DNA of 64,000 nucleotides from NCBI GenBank assembly GCA_026770705.1, contig JANJGN010000039.1, positions 3,534,001 through 3,598,000 of the forward strand, in the 5' to 3' direction. Shown here one piece after another: positions 1 to 11,989 of this stretch. A program made the position numbers and the translations under genes. Under the pieces are notes generated by a model that was given only the letters and a program-made list of their open reading frames with translations, had not been told where the DNA came from and made no database searches. Numbering within the stretch: position 1 is the stretch's first letter; each line of letters begins with the position of its first letter. Origin of the DNA: Isurus oxyrinchus. Taxonomy: Eukaryota.

Positions 1-1017
1 TCTATTACCTCTGAAAGGCGAGCATTCTTTTTAGAAAAACATAGTGTTCTAATTCGGACTTTCTGTACTTTGCGCCCTCACCTCGATCTGAGAACCTGTG
101 ACACCTCCAGTTCTTGCTTCATTAAAAGTCAATAATATTTGTGGTAATAAGCAGGAGGCGAGGGAAACCTTCTAATCATTCGCTCCTTGGTCAGTTGCAA
201 ACAAAACGTCATAATGACATCTGTGATGTCTCTTCGTGGCTTTCCCTTCCCTATCGCTGTAATTTCTTCCTCCCTCACAAGTTACCGTGATAACTGTGGT
301 CATCTAATTCTGGCTGCGTGAACCTTCCCAACTGTGATTTTTCCACCACTGCTGAACGTGCCGTCAGTTGCTTACAGTCCATGCTTTGGGATCCCTCCCA
401 GCACCGCTCCAGACCTCGTCCCTCCTTCCGCCTTTAAGATAATTCTTAAGGCCAACCACTATGAAGAATACTTTGAACAGTTGTCAAGTTCTGTTCTGTG
501 GAGCTTAGCTGAAGCAACTTGGGCCATGGGATTGTGCTAAATGTGCCCTATGTATATGTCACTTTGTCATATAATGCTCTGTGCAGCATCTTTGGTTGTT
601 TTACTATGGTTATATTCAATACTAATGCGCGAGGGCTTCCATTGCTGCATTTCAGACTCTGTGTCATGTTACATGTGTGGTTGTCAGGATCACTGAATGA
701 ATCCCGTAATCCCCTGCCTCCATCACTCATCGGCAATGTGACAGGAGGTCTTGTGCCAATCTTGACAGAGCTAAAACCATGATGGGTCCTGATATCTCCC
801 TGCTCCATGTTTGGTGCTCATTGGGAATTATTTTGTTGGATTTCCATAAACAGTGAAACAGATGTTGCAGATTCCTGAACACTTAGAGATTAAATAATCA
901 TCAAGGAGGTTTATAAAGTAATTTCTCAGTTGAACTTAGCAAAATGCTGAAATGCAGAAACAATAACGATTAATATAGATATTTGACTGACTATTTAAGA
1001 CGCTGAACTATCTTTAT

Positions 1018-1058
1018 GAGAGAGATAGAATGAGAGAGAGCGAGAGAGAGAGAGCGAG
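1018..1058 (+). repeat. (GA)n microsatellite; paralog at ~33638-33675
   Basis: Directly visible GA run in both units. Confidence 0.9.
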
Positions 1059-1069
1059 AAAGGATTTAC

Positions 1070-2635
1070 GATGTCTGTCACCCGACATGAACCTCCCCTC
1101 CCCCGAAAATCGGTTCATAGCCCTCCCTCCAGAGAGAAAATTGGTAATTCCCGATCGTCCGATGTAAATCTCATACTTCCCCATTGTGGCCGGACTATAT
1201 ACCCCCCTCGCTGCTTTCATCGGATACGATCATCTAATAGAACCTCTAAAGTTGCTCCTCCCCCGGTGATCATGGTATATATCTACTCCTCCCCGCTTTT
1301 CCTGTAATATATCACCCAAGCCCCCAGTTGCAGCTGATAAACATCCTCCTCGCTGATTTACCTGCCATATTTCACCCATTCCCGAGTCAAGCCGAACAAA
1401 TTACTCCCCGTCCATTGGAGTTAGCAAAACCCCACACTCCCCCACTCCCAGCCCCCGCAGCATACCTGGTATGCATCGCCTCATTCCCTGGAAAATCTTG
1501 TTCTTCGTTTCCTGCCCTGCAGCACGTATTATATATTTACCCCTCTGCCAGTTTACCTTTTATAACAACCTCATCTTCATTTGCTTCACTTATAGCTTTT
1601 TCCGCCACTTTGTGCACAAAAAAACGCCAGGCCCCGTGCCTAGTTTATCTCTCAATCTGTTCGGCAACCAGACTGGACCCACTGTACAGGAATATCTCCA
1701 CATCCCTTTGTGTACTTTATACCTCTCCCAGTGTACTTGGCTCTCCTCCCTATCCACACCTGAACCAATTCCTGGCGCACCAACCTCCTCTCCTGGTGCT
1801 GCTGGTATATATCACGCTCCACTGATTGTTCTCCAGTACCTCCTTCCTCTACTTCCATGTACTTTATATATCGCCCCAGCTCGCCAGTTTATGTGGCATA
1901 TCAGTCCCTCTATATGTAGAACTTCCTTATTTTGAGCATTCAAAGCAGCATAACTTGTATCTCATTCACCCCTACCTCGCTCCATTTGTGCATCACCACA
2001 ATTCAACAAAGGCTTTCCCTCCACCATTTTCCCTGCTATCTCATTCCCCAGTGAACCTGGCATGCCTCCCTAGACAAGATTCACATCTGTTGTATCCGCA
2101 CTTTTCCACTCTACATTAGAAATCGAAACCCTACTCTGGTCTATCAGGTATATCAGCCATCAGCCAGGTAAACATGAGGTATAGTCCTATATTTGCTTGT
2201 CAACCTGATATATAACATCTGCGCCATTATAGCATTACCACCCCCATGCTCATCGCTTGTTCCTGCTACATCAAATCCACCATTGTCGTCAATGTACGTT
2301 TTTCACATCCTGCAATGTACTTGGCGCAATACTCAACCACCCGAAACCCGGTGCGCCCGTTAGTCATGGAGACAGCTTGTGGGCAGGCAGGTGTTGTTGC
2401 AATGGGGCAGCAGGTTTGTGGCGGCCAGTGATATTCACGAATTAGCCAGGGTTTTCGAAGCAAAAGGACACGTTAATGTTTGGTCACTGTAGTGCAGGTG
2501 TTGCCACCTGCTCTGTCATCATAGTTACTAGACCAGATCCTCATCTGGTCTGCAAAAAGACTGTCCCACTCCACTCTATCACCATTGCGAGGCAACAAAC
2601 ACCCAGTGCATCATCATTGTGACAGGCGCCTCCGA
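1070..2635 (-). other. Unidentified degraded coding-like segment, possibly an LTR-retroelement/ERV internal (env or accessory) remnant; paralog at ~33680-35258
   Basis: Minus strand is strongly G/A-rich, with long Cys/Trp/Gly-rich stretches broken by stops (e.g. EGLICHINWRAG, HKGMWRYSCTVGPVW). I recognised no diagnostic motif. Confidence 0.3.
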
Positions 2636-2708
2636 TGATCTTTTCCGAAAGTGCAAGAGCAAATTCCAAGCGAAAATATGGAATAAACTCAGAAAATCCT
2701 GGAAGCGC

Positions 2709-3625
2709 TCAGTGAGTAATTTCTGTGCAGTGTGCTGTTCTGTTCAATTGTTTAGTGAACTGAACAATTAGAGGAAAGGGATGTTTGAATACATTCTTGA
2801 CTGGGCTCTGAACCTGGTGATGGCAAGTGTCCGTGCAGCAACTAAGATGCTGCAGCATTAAACCCAATTCCAGCACAAGCACATCTGTCATTAGAGATCG
2901 ATACCCCAAATATTGCATCCGGTCCATATAGAATAAAGCATTAACACTGACCATAACAGGATGGGATTCGCTGAAATTGCAAAGTATATAATAATGGTTT
3001 TCTTTTGACTTTACATTCCTGGGTCTCTGGGGATCTTCCCAGTGTTGTGAGACCTGAGTCTCTTCCTGGCTCAGCTGCTCAATAAAATGTGTCTGACCGT
3101 GTAAACAATGACCACCAGAATCAGGATAAATGGTACTACTGGATTTCGAATTTCATGTGTGAACACCATTGCTGCCCAGATCTGAGACAACCAAGAACCC
3201 CCGCGTACCTAACAAAACCAGGGGACGTTCCTCAGCACAGGCCTGTTACCATAACATACCACAACATGTTCTTTGTGCAGCTCAGACCAGTCACTGTTCC
3301 CAGGGCGACAGTCGCAGTTTTTCTGGTGCGATATTTACATTTAAGTTTCCGGCAACAGATGGCTGTAAATCGATTAAAAGTGAACGTTACAGTGAACCAG
3401 ACAGAACAGTTAGTGGCTGCATAACTCAGAACGGTATGGACATTACACACAGTAATGAACTTCAGGAAATGAAGCTGCTTCTGGAAAACAATTGGAATGT
3501 GTGGTAATATCATGTCGAGGATGATGACGAGTCGATGCACCCCTGTCATGGACACCAGGTAGCGAGTGATACATTTCGATAGCCCCGACTTACGCCGCGA
3601 CAGAATTCCGTCGTCACCAATTTAG
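2709..3625 (-). pseudogene. GPR139-like GPCR 7TM exon, receptor A, unit 1 (frameshifted)
   Basis: Acceptor ttctctgccttgcag| at 3626. After a 1-nt frameshift it reads ILSRRKSGLSKCITRYLVSM, then SVWFTVTFTFNRFTAICC (DRF changed to NRF), RRRLRSHN and MLQHLSCCTDT, spread over several frames. Confidence 0.9.
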
Positions 3626-3959
3626 CTGCAAGGCAGAGAAACGGCAGAACAATTATAATTAGACAAGAAGCAAAGTTACCAGTTTGCTTGATGACATCAT
3701 TATGATTTCCAAATGTGCTATTATATCTAGTAATACATTGGCAAATCATAAATAAATGTATCTGTTCCAACTTTATGTTTCTTAGGTAGCGATAACCTGA
3801 CTATGAAATCGATTGGAAAACGGAAAATAATATTGAGGTGCAATACAAAATGTGTAGTCACAGGTTTTTGGGCGAATTGATAAATGCCAGCATTCCGCTG
3901 ACAATTCATTTCCTGGCCACCTCAAAAGGGCAGCCTGGATGTGGGAACATAGTCATGGC

Positions 3960-5400
3960 AGAGTGGAGCAAGTCCAGCAGTGAAAGAACGGTACATTCTC
4001 GCCTTGATCCCAAAGACGGTCACTCTCACTCTCACCTCAAGAGTTTACCTCATTTGCGCATATGTGCCCCCGGGTTTGAAACTAGGTCAGGAGCTGAGGG
4101 ATTCTTGCAGATTCCAAACTGAGCATCAGCGAACAATTTATTGCTGAATTAATATCAATTGGTAGCATTGTCAACTGCCTCCACCAGCATTTCCTTCAGA
4201 TGATCGAGAGTACATTAATGGGGTCGCATTTTGTCGACTTGGATGGTTTTCTAAATTAGTGGACAGAACAAACCAGAGCACTTGTCTACATTTCCAGGTA
4301 AATTCGAGTGTTTTAGCCGCAGGGAAGCTAACGTCCTCGGTAATATGCCAGAGGTTTTTCAGGGTCCTTACTCTTAGGAGTATCCAGTGCCTTCAGCATT
4401 CTCTTGATAGCACGTAGAGTGATTTTATCTGGCTGAAGACTGGCATTTGTGATACTGTGGACAAAACGTGTTGCCTATTTGGATCATCCATGCGCGACCT
4501 ATGGTTGGAATTTTTGCAAATATTTCTGCCATGTCATATGCGGTCATGTGTTCAGCTCCCCCATTAATGAGGTTGGGAATGTTTGTGCAACCTCCACCTT
4601 CAGTTCGCAGTGTATTTATTCATACTCATTCATGTGGAAAAACTGATGATTTAACATCTGGTCCGTTTATTTTGGGATCATTTTGGTCTGCATATCACAT
4701 GTTTCTTTGGATGTTTGTAAATTAAGTTTCAATTTGTTGCAGCTTTGCAGCGTGTTTTTGAAAGTATTTCAATTCACTTTAAGGAATGTCTGGCAGTGTT
4801 CCCAAATGCCAGCACCCCACATCACACGCTCACCCCTCACCGCCAACGCTCTTCTGATAACCAGTGTTTAGCTACAGTTTGATATTAATTGCAACGTGAG
4901 GTATATGCAGGGTCAAGGGGTTACAGTTTGTGGTTATATACAATGCTGCTGCCGTTGTTCTCCCATGGCGAATAATGGATGCCCATTTTCCAGTTGGTAG
5001 AGTAGTATAACTATTCCATTTAACACGCTCATAGAGTCACGTTATAGGATGGAGGATATCTCAGTGTGAGCACGGGAGTTAGTCCCCAATACAATTGTGA
5101 GGTGCTAACTCTTACTTATGCTTTCATGTTTACATGCATCTAAAACAGAAAAATTGGTGAGGAGAAGGTAACGTAGATTTGTGTTCCTTTTTGCTGGTTC
5201 CCACACCTGCTGCTACTGAGCCAGTCCAGCAGCAAACTGATTTATGAGCCGGCCAGTTTGGAAAGTAATAGGGTGACTGAGCCACGCTTGATGAAGTGCA
5301 TTGAAGTTCCTCAAGCAGATTGCAGATCGTGTCCTTGACATCCTCAAAGCTTCTTCCAATTGGTCCTCAACTTGATGGAGCTCTGACTCTTCAGGTAAAC
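3960..5400 (-). mobile_element. Degraded CR1/L2(Zenon)-like LINE ORF2 fragment (endonuclease to start of RT); paralog ~36540-37790
   Basis: The paralog translates as DGGAEHTRAYDKAEIFAT, matching the DG-A-H-SA-DKAE-FA motif of this LINE family. Confidence 0.7.
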
Positions 5401-5699
5401 AGAGAACGTTTCAGGTTCTTATCATTTTCTCATTTTTTTCTGCCTTTTATTCCACATCCGAGCGATATTTCCTCTGTTTCTATCTCTCACTACACGTGGT
5501 AGCCATTGGATTCTAAATACGAATAGCGTCACTCATCTACCTCAGTTAGACAGACTCCTCCAATCTTACCCAGAAAGGAAAGGTCGCCACATTCAAAAGT
5601 CAGCACAGCGCCACATCACCCCCCCCCTCCCCCCACCCCCAAAGTGCGGTGCCAGTCGCCTTCGCCACGATGAGCCATACCCTCTGCATGGCTGTGTCC

Positions 5700-6330
5700 A
5701 CCACATTCAGATATTGAAGCTTGTCCCCCTGCTCACCCTATTCAGCCACATTCTTTCTAACAGTGTCATTCTGCTTCCATTACCCCTCTCTACCCCATCA
5801 GCCAACATGTATTATTTTACCCTGCAATGCATCTAATTGCATCTGCTAATTCCCTGCCAATTCTGCTCGTTTCTCCGTGTCCAATTGCAATAGATTCGTA
5901 TCATCCTCACTGGTTAACACCCAGCCCACTTTGTGTGTATAATTCACACGTTTTGAGACGTTGTGCTGTATTCTAAGATCCAACTGGTTTATTGACAGCA
6001 AAACGAACACCAGCCCAACACAGTTTCTTGGGGAAAACCAGTGGCTAACTTCATCCAGACTGAAACAAAACGATTACCAACAGTTTATGTTTTCGGTGTG
6101 TTACCGAAATGTATCCAATTGGATAGAGACACCCCGCTTCTGCCCTCTTTCATGAGCCAAAATTTTCTTACCAGCTCTATCTGCAGTAGGTTGTCAATTA
6201 ACACCTCAAAATCCAGTTAGCCAACCACTCCTGTATTATCATCCTTAATTTTCCCAGTTGTGACATTAGATTGCAAACTATGTTGTTCCAGGATGTACTT
6301 AGTCAAAGGGATGCCTTTTACAAATCCGTA
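5700..6330 (-). mobile_element. Degraded CR1 LINE RT-region fragment; paralog ~38290-38900
   Basis: Resembles CR1 RT-region sequence (cccactttgtgtgta...; tggggaaaaccagtggctaac...; tcaaagggatgcctttt), heavily decayed. Confidence 0.5.
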
Positions 6331-6439
6331 ATCATTCTCAATTAATCTCAGCTGTCTCCAATTCCGGGCTGGACGCTTGGCTGTAACGTCATATTTAGTT
6401 ATATTCTTGGTACTGCAGCTGAACAGTGAGAGCACTGAA

Positions 6440-6712
6440 TTAGAGAGAGATGGAGGCTGAGCGGCAACAGGTGGTATTTTTAAAAAGAGCGGTGGGTTGA
6501 GACATCGGGACTTAAATTGAGCGGGAGCTGGGCTGTGAGAGGAGAGATTTAAAAAGAGCAGTATCTGAGCTGTCAGAGGAGAGAAGTAGAAAGATCGGGA
6601 GCGAGATAATCAAATCACAGACTGAAAGGTAACTGGGGCTGTTCCCCCAGAGCAGAGATTTAATAAAAGAGCGGGAGCTATGTAGCTAGAGCAGAGTGTC
6701 AGAGGAAGCTGG
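6440..6712 (+). repeat. Degenerate purine-rich tandem repeat (~40-bp unit, gagagatttaaaaagagcgggagct...); paralog ~39020-39255
   Basis: Recurrent tttaaaaagagc and gagcgggagct motifs. Unit number differs between the two duplicated units. Confidence 0.6.
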
Positions 6713-6829
6713 GACATTGATGTGACTGTGGTAGAGCATGGTTCTCAGAGTGGAGACTAGGAAAGCGCAGAAGTTGTGCAGCCACATAGTCAACTGCTTT
6801 ATTATTCATATACGTTATTTTGGCTTCAA

Positions 6830-7760
6830 TCGCTGGCACATCATTTCTTGCTGATAAATCGTTACGCTTGTGAAGATGGCGATGAGCTGCTTCATGAACC
6901 ACAGCAGTCCCTGGTGTGCCCGTACACCCACAGTGCTGATAGGGATGGATTTCCAGGATTTTGACACATGATATTGAAGGCACAGCGATATATTTCCAAA
7001 TCAGAGTTGCGAATAGCTTGAGGGTGATCTTCCAGGTATTGGTGTTCCCGGTAACCTGCTGCCCCTTATCCTGTTAGGTGGTACCGGTTGTGAGTTTGTA
7101 AAGTGCTGCCTAAGGAGCCTTCGTGTATCCCTGAATTGCTTCTTATAGGTGGCACGGACTGCTGCCATTGTTCATCGCCGGTGGATGAACAAAATGTGTG
7201 TCGGTGTAGTGTCCATCAAGCGGCTGCTTTGTCCTTGATGCTGTCAAGCTTCTTGGGTGTTGTTAGAGCTGCACGTATTTAGGCAAGTGGAGAATATAGC
7301 ATCACAATCCTTTCTTTTCCCTTAAAGATTGTGGATAGGATTTTGGGAACCAGGAAGTGTGTTACTTGCCGCCTCTAAAGTGGATTATTAGACATCGTGT
7401 TTAGATGACTAATCCAGTTCACTTTCCGGTCACTGATAACAGTTACAATGCTGATCGTGGGACATTTGTCAATGCCATTGAGCGAAAACAGGTATTGTTT
7501 AGATTAACTCTTTTGGAGACGGTCATTGCCTGGCACTTGTCTGGTGTGAACGTTGTTTGCCAATTGTAAGCCAAAGACAGTACATTGTCCAGAATATGCT
7601 TCATTTGCCTATGGGCTGCCTCATTATCTCAGGAATCTGGAAATGTGTTGAGCATTGTGCATCATCAGCGAACATCCCCATTCCTGACTTTGCAATGGAG
7701 TGCTGATCCTTGATGATGGAGCTAAACATGGTTGGGCCTCTGTCACAACCCTGAGGAACT
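6830..7760 (-). mobile_element. CR1/L2(Zenon)-like LINE, RT C-terminus and 3' end; paralog ~39370-40325
   Basis: Paralog ORF 39630-40046 reads IDWKLNWIRHINT...LQRLGILRRITHLL...STIFKA...TKLKKLDSIKQKA, the typical ORF2 C-terminus. Confidence 0.85.
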
Positions 7761-7881
7761 CAGGTTCCCCAAGGAACTAAAAGGACTGGGAGCTCAGCAG
7801 CTAGGGTTGATAATTAGAAAGTGGAGGTGCAAAACATTCAGAGCAACTATTTGGAAAAGAGTGCTAGCCTAGCTGTCGGTG

Positions 7882-7895
7882 TGGGTATTTATTAA
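7882..7895 (+). repeat. Target-site duplication, left copy (right copy 10509-10522)
   Basis: Exact 14-bp direct repeat tgggtatttattaa. Confidence 0.9.
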
Positions 7896-8181
7896 CAAAA
7901 ACAGAATTACCTGGAAAAACTCAGCAGGTCTGGCAGCATCGGCGGAGAAGTAAAGAGTTGACGTTTCGAGTCCTCATGACCCTTCGACAGAACTTGATTT
8001 CGAGTCCAAGAAAGAGTTGAAATATAAGCAGGTTTAAGGTGTGTGTGTGGGGGGCGGAGAGATAGAGAGAGAGAGAGAGAGGTGGTTGTGTGGACAAACA
8101 AGCAGTGATAGAAGCAGATCATCAAAAGATGTCAGCAACAATGGTACAATAGAACACATAGGTGTTAAAGTTAAAGTTGGT
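7896..8181 (-). repeat. Inverted copy of the Penelope 3' terminal repeat (pLTR)
   Basis: Near-identical reverse complement of 10187-10470. Confidence 0.95.
7955..7996 (-). ncRNA. Minimal type I hammerhead-ribozyme-like motif (inverted pLTR copy)
   Basis: Reverse complement reads AAGTT-CTGTCGA-A-GGGTC-ATGAG-GACTC-GAAA-CGTC-AACTC, identical to 10371-10411. Confidence 0.6.
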
Positions 8182-9987
8182 CATCAAACCCGCTGACAAG
8201 GGTGGTGCTGTTGTTGTCTGGCGCACTGACTTCTATCTCGCGGAGGCTGAGCGTCAACTCGCAGACACATCCTCCTACCTCTCCCTGGACCATGACCCCA
8301 CCACTGAACATCAAGCCATTGTTTCCAGGACTGTCACTGACCTCATCTCCTCTGGGGATCTCCCTCCCACAGCTTCCAACCTGATAGTCGCCCAACCTCG
8401 GACAGCCCGCTTCTATCTCCTACCCAAAATCCACAAACAGAACTGCCCTGGTAGACCGATCGTCTCAGCTTGCTCCTGCCCCACAGAACTCATTTCTCGT
8501 TATCTTGACTCCCTTCTCTCTCCCCTTGTCCAGTCCCTTCCCACCTACATCCGTGATTCCTCTGATACTTTACGTCAAATCAACAATTTCCAGTTCCCTG
8601 TCCCCAACCGCTTCCTCTTCACCATGGACGTCCAATCCCTCTACACCTCCATCCCCCACCAGGATGGTCTGAGGGCCCTTAGCTTCTTCCTCGAACAGAG
8701 GCCCGAACAATTCCCATCCACCACTACTCTCCTCCGTCTGGCTGAACTTGTTCTCACGTTGAACAATTTCTCCTTCAACTCCTCTCACTTCCTCCAAATA
8801 AAAGGTGTGGCTATGGGTACCCACATGGGCTCCAGCTATGCCTGTCTCTTTATGGGGTATGTGTAACTTTCCTTGTTGCAGTCCTACTCCGGCCCCCTTC
8901 CACAACTTTTTCTCCGGTACATCGATGATTACTTCGGTGCCGCTTCATGCTCTCATCGGGACTTAGAAAAATGTATTAATTTTGCTTCCAATCTCCACCC
9001 CTCCATCATTTTCACGTAGTCCATCTCTGACACTTCCCTTCCCTTCCTTGACCTCTCTGTCTCAATCTCTGGGGATAGATTGTCCACCAATATCCATTAT
9101 AAACCCACCGACTCCCACAGCTACCTCGACTACAGGTCCTCACACCCCGCTTCCTGTAAGGACTCCATCCCATTCTCCCAGTTCCTTCGCCTTCGTCGCA
9201 TCTGTTCCGATGATGCTACCTTCACAAACGGTTGCTCTGACATGTCCTCCTTCTTCCTTAACCGAGGTTTTCCACCGACGGTCGTAGACAGGGCCCTCAA
9301 CCGTGTCCGGCCCATCTCCCGTGCATCCGCCTTCACGCCTTCTCCTCCCTCCCAGAAACATGATAGGGTCCCCCTTGTCCTCACTTATCACCCCACCAGC
9401 CTCCACGTTCAAAGGATCATCCTCCACCATTTCCGCCAACTCCAGCATGATGCCACCACCAAACACATCTTCCCTTCACCCCCTTATCGGCATTCCGTAG
9501 GGATCGCTCATTCCGGGACACCCTGGTCCACTCCTCCATCACCCCCTACTCCTCAACCCCCTCCTTTGGCACCACCCCATGCCCACGCAAAAGATGTAAC
9601 ACCTGCCCCTTCACTTCCTCTCTCCTCACCGTCCAAGGGCCCAAACACTCCTTTCAAGTGAAGCAGCATTTCACTTGCATTTCCCCCAACTTAGTCTACT
9701 GCATTCGTTGCTCCCAATGTGCTCTCCTCTACATTGGAGAGACCAAACGTAAACTGGGCGACCACTTTGCAGAACACCTGCGGTCTGTCCGCAAGAATGA
9801 CCCAAACCTCCCTGTCGCTTGCCATTTTAACACTCCACCCTGCTCTCTTGCCCACATGTCTGTCCTTGGCTTGCTGCATTGTTCCAGTGAAGCCCAACGC
9901 AAACTGGAGGAACAACACCTCATCTTCCGACTAGGCACCTTACAGCCTTCTGGTCTGAATATTGAATTCAACAACTTTAGGTCGTGA
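8182..9987 (+). pseudogene. Penelope-like RT + Cys-rich linker + GIY-YIG endonuclease polyprotein (disrupted)
   Basis: Motifs: IKPADKGGAVVVW, FYLLPKIHK, GRPIVS, DVQSLYTSIPH, GVAMG, RYIDD, HYKPTDSHSYL, linker CPRKRCNTC, and VYCIRCSQCALLYIGETKR. Lesions: stops at 8864-8866 and 9018-9020, frameshift near 9485. Confidence 0.95.
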
Positions 9988-10364
9988 GCTCCCTCCTCCA
10001 TCCCCACCCCCTTTCTGTTTCCCCCCTTTTTTTTCCCCAATAAATTATATAGATTTTTCTTTTCCCACCTACTTCCATTATTTTTAAATATTTTAAAATC
10101 TTTTATGCTCCCTCCACCCCCACTAGAGCTGTACCTTGAGTGATCTACCATCCATTCTTAATTAGCACATTCGTTTAGATAATATCACCAACTTTAACGT
10201 TAACACCTATGTGTTCTATTGTACCATTGTCACTGACATCTTTTGATGATCTGCTTCCATCACTGCTTGTTTATCCACACAACCACCTCTCTCCCTCTCT
10301 CTATCTCTCCGCCCCCTACACACACACCTTAAACCAGCTTATATTTCAACTCTTTCTTGGACTC

Positions 10365-10416
10365 GAAATCAAGTTCTGTCGAAGGGTCATGAGGACTCGA
10401 AACGTCAACTCTTTTC
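10365..10416 (+). ncRNA. Minimal type I hammerhead-ribozyme-like motif in Penelope 3' repeat
   Basis: Stem I AGTT/AACT; core CTGTCGA (10376-10382); stem II GGGTC/GACTC with loop ATGAG; GAAA (10399-10402); palindromic ACGT stem III; predicted cut after GTC at 10406. Minimal hammerheads in PLE terminal repeats are established. Confidence 0.65.
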
Positions 10417-11797
10417 TTCTCCGCCGATGCTGCCAGACCTGCTGAGTTTTTCCAGGTAATTCTGCTTTTGTTTTGGATTTCCAGCATCCCCAGATTTCTT
10501 TGTTTTCATGGGTATTTATTAATTCAGGTCCTAAGTATCCTGCTGGAATATATCACATTCACTGTAGCTGCTCAAAAAGGCGGTTCACGTTCACTTTGCT
10601 GTAAGAGCAATGAGAGGTTGTCGATAAATGGTTTTCTTGCTGTGCCCCTCATGCAATGAACATATCGTTTTTTTTTAATGATAATTTATTCTGTGATGGC
10701 GGGTGCAAGTTTGTATCTAACGCCAGTGTACATTTGTCATTTTAATTGGCCGTTCTTCTGGCCAACCATTTTCCCGGATGATTAGGCTGGTCAACTAGGA
10801 AAGGTCAAGGCGATTTTGTGTTAGTATCTGAGAAAACCGAATGATCCAGACAGCATGCACAAGGAGGAGGCTGCATCTTCGCTTCAGAGACCCAATAAAG
10901 AAAGAGTAGGTCAAATTATCTGCTCTATGTTCTAAAAAGTATATGGTTGCATTCTACGAACTATGTTTAAGTAAATGAGAATAAACGAGAAGAATATGTG
11001 AAAAGAAGAATAACATTTTTTGTTCACATTCAAAATACATAGGAATACAAAGGAAGATGTTTAAGGTAGGGCCATGAGCGAGTGGATGTTTCATAGCCTG
11101 GAATTGGAGAGGATATCTGTTTGAAGCTTCACTCGTTATTTTGATGAGTGGATTTCAAGTTAATAATTTTCAGACGCCACAGCATCTGTGAATTGTGGTA
11201 ACAACCATTTGCTGGCCGTGTGTGTGAAAGGACCAGAAAACGTGAAACACAGACTGTTGTGAATGAGCATGTGGAGAGGTGGCAGCTCCTATGTTCGTGA
11301 ATAATTAAGATTGAGCTATGCAAGCTTTCAAAGAAATCGTAAGGAAATCCGAAGCCAAGATATAGAACCGTCTCTAAGTCCTATTGATCTTGCGAATGAG
11401 TGATAAAATGTACCATGTGACAATTGCGCCAATGCCCGGTCTTTTACAAAGCACTTGATGGCCAGGCGTTACTTGTTTTAATAGTGTGAGGTATATGGAA
11501 CTCTGAGCAGCAGCTCATTGTGCAACAGTCCGATATTTCGAGGGTGCCAGGTTTCCTGAAACCTGTTCTGAAAATCGCCCAATACATTATTCGACCCAGA
11601 AGAGACATTGAAGGGTATTTGTGACGTTTTTCTAAGTTACGCTTGTTCGAGTTATTGTGATACTTCTGGTGATGTTTGGGGTGTTGTCTTGCTGTTCAGA
11701 GCAACTGTTGCAATGAGCTCAATTGTTACAGAACCTGGCATCACAATTCATCCTCTCAAACCCTGCAATAATAACACGGGCTGTTCAGTAATTTTCT

Positions 11798-11803
11798 TTT
11801 ATT
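11798..11803 (-). terminator. Candidate polyadenylation signal (AATAAA) of receptor B
   Basis: About 190 nt past the stop and kept in all three copies (41747-41752 on minus; 62884-62889 on plus). Confidence 0.5.
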
Positions 11804-11989
11804 ATGTCATCACACCTCATGTTCACCATTGTTTACAGTATACTGTGAAAAGGAGTTCAATTTGACTCCATACTATAAAGCAGTATTTTTAGGCGGGATA
11901 TAATTTTGTCCAGAGTTGTCATAAATTGCTTCAAGTATTTTGCTAATGTTAGTCCCTTCAGGCACAATGTTTCTGTCCTCCTGCATATG

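Larger units (their letters stand above)
7896..10508 (+). mobile_element. Penelope-like retroelement (Neptune-type), 5'-truncated, with inverted terminal repeat
   Basis: Flanked by the 14-bp direct repeat tgggtatttattaa (7882-7895 and 10509-10522). Absent at the paralogous site (~40447-40462). 7896-8181 is the reverse complement of 10187-10470. RT and GIY-YIG coding sequence lies inside. Confidence 0.95.

Noticed and set aside
1400-1620. FN3 or cytokine-receptor-like text (VVIKGKLAEG.IYNTCCRAG...GVWG) and a fusion-peptide-like YAAGAG on the minus strand
   Set aside because: The resemblance needs an unsupported frame change and contains a stop. Too weak to name a domain.
8162-8181. Apparent start of the 234-aa RT ORF (MLKLKLV)
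   Set aside because: The GTG lies in the inverted repeat that is fused to a 5'-truncated RT. It is not a native start.
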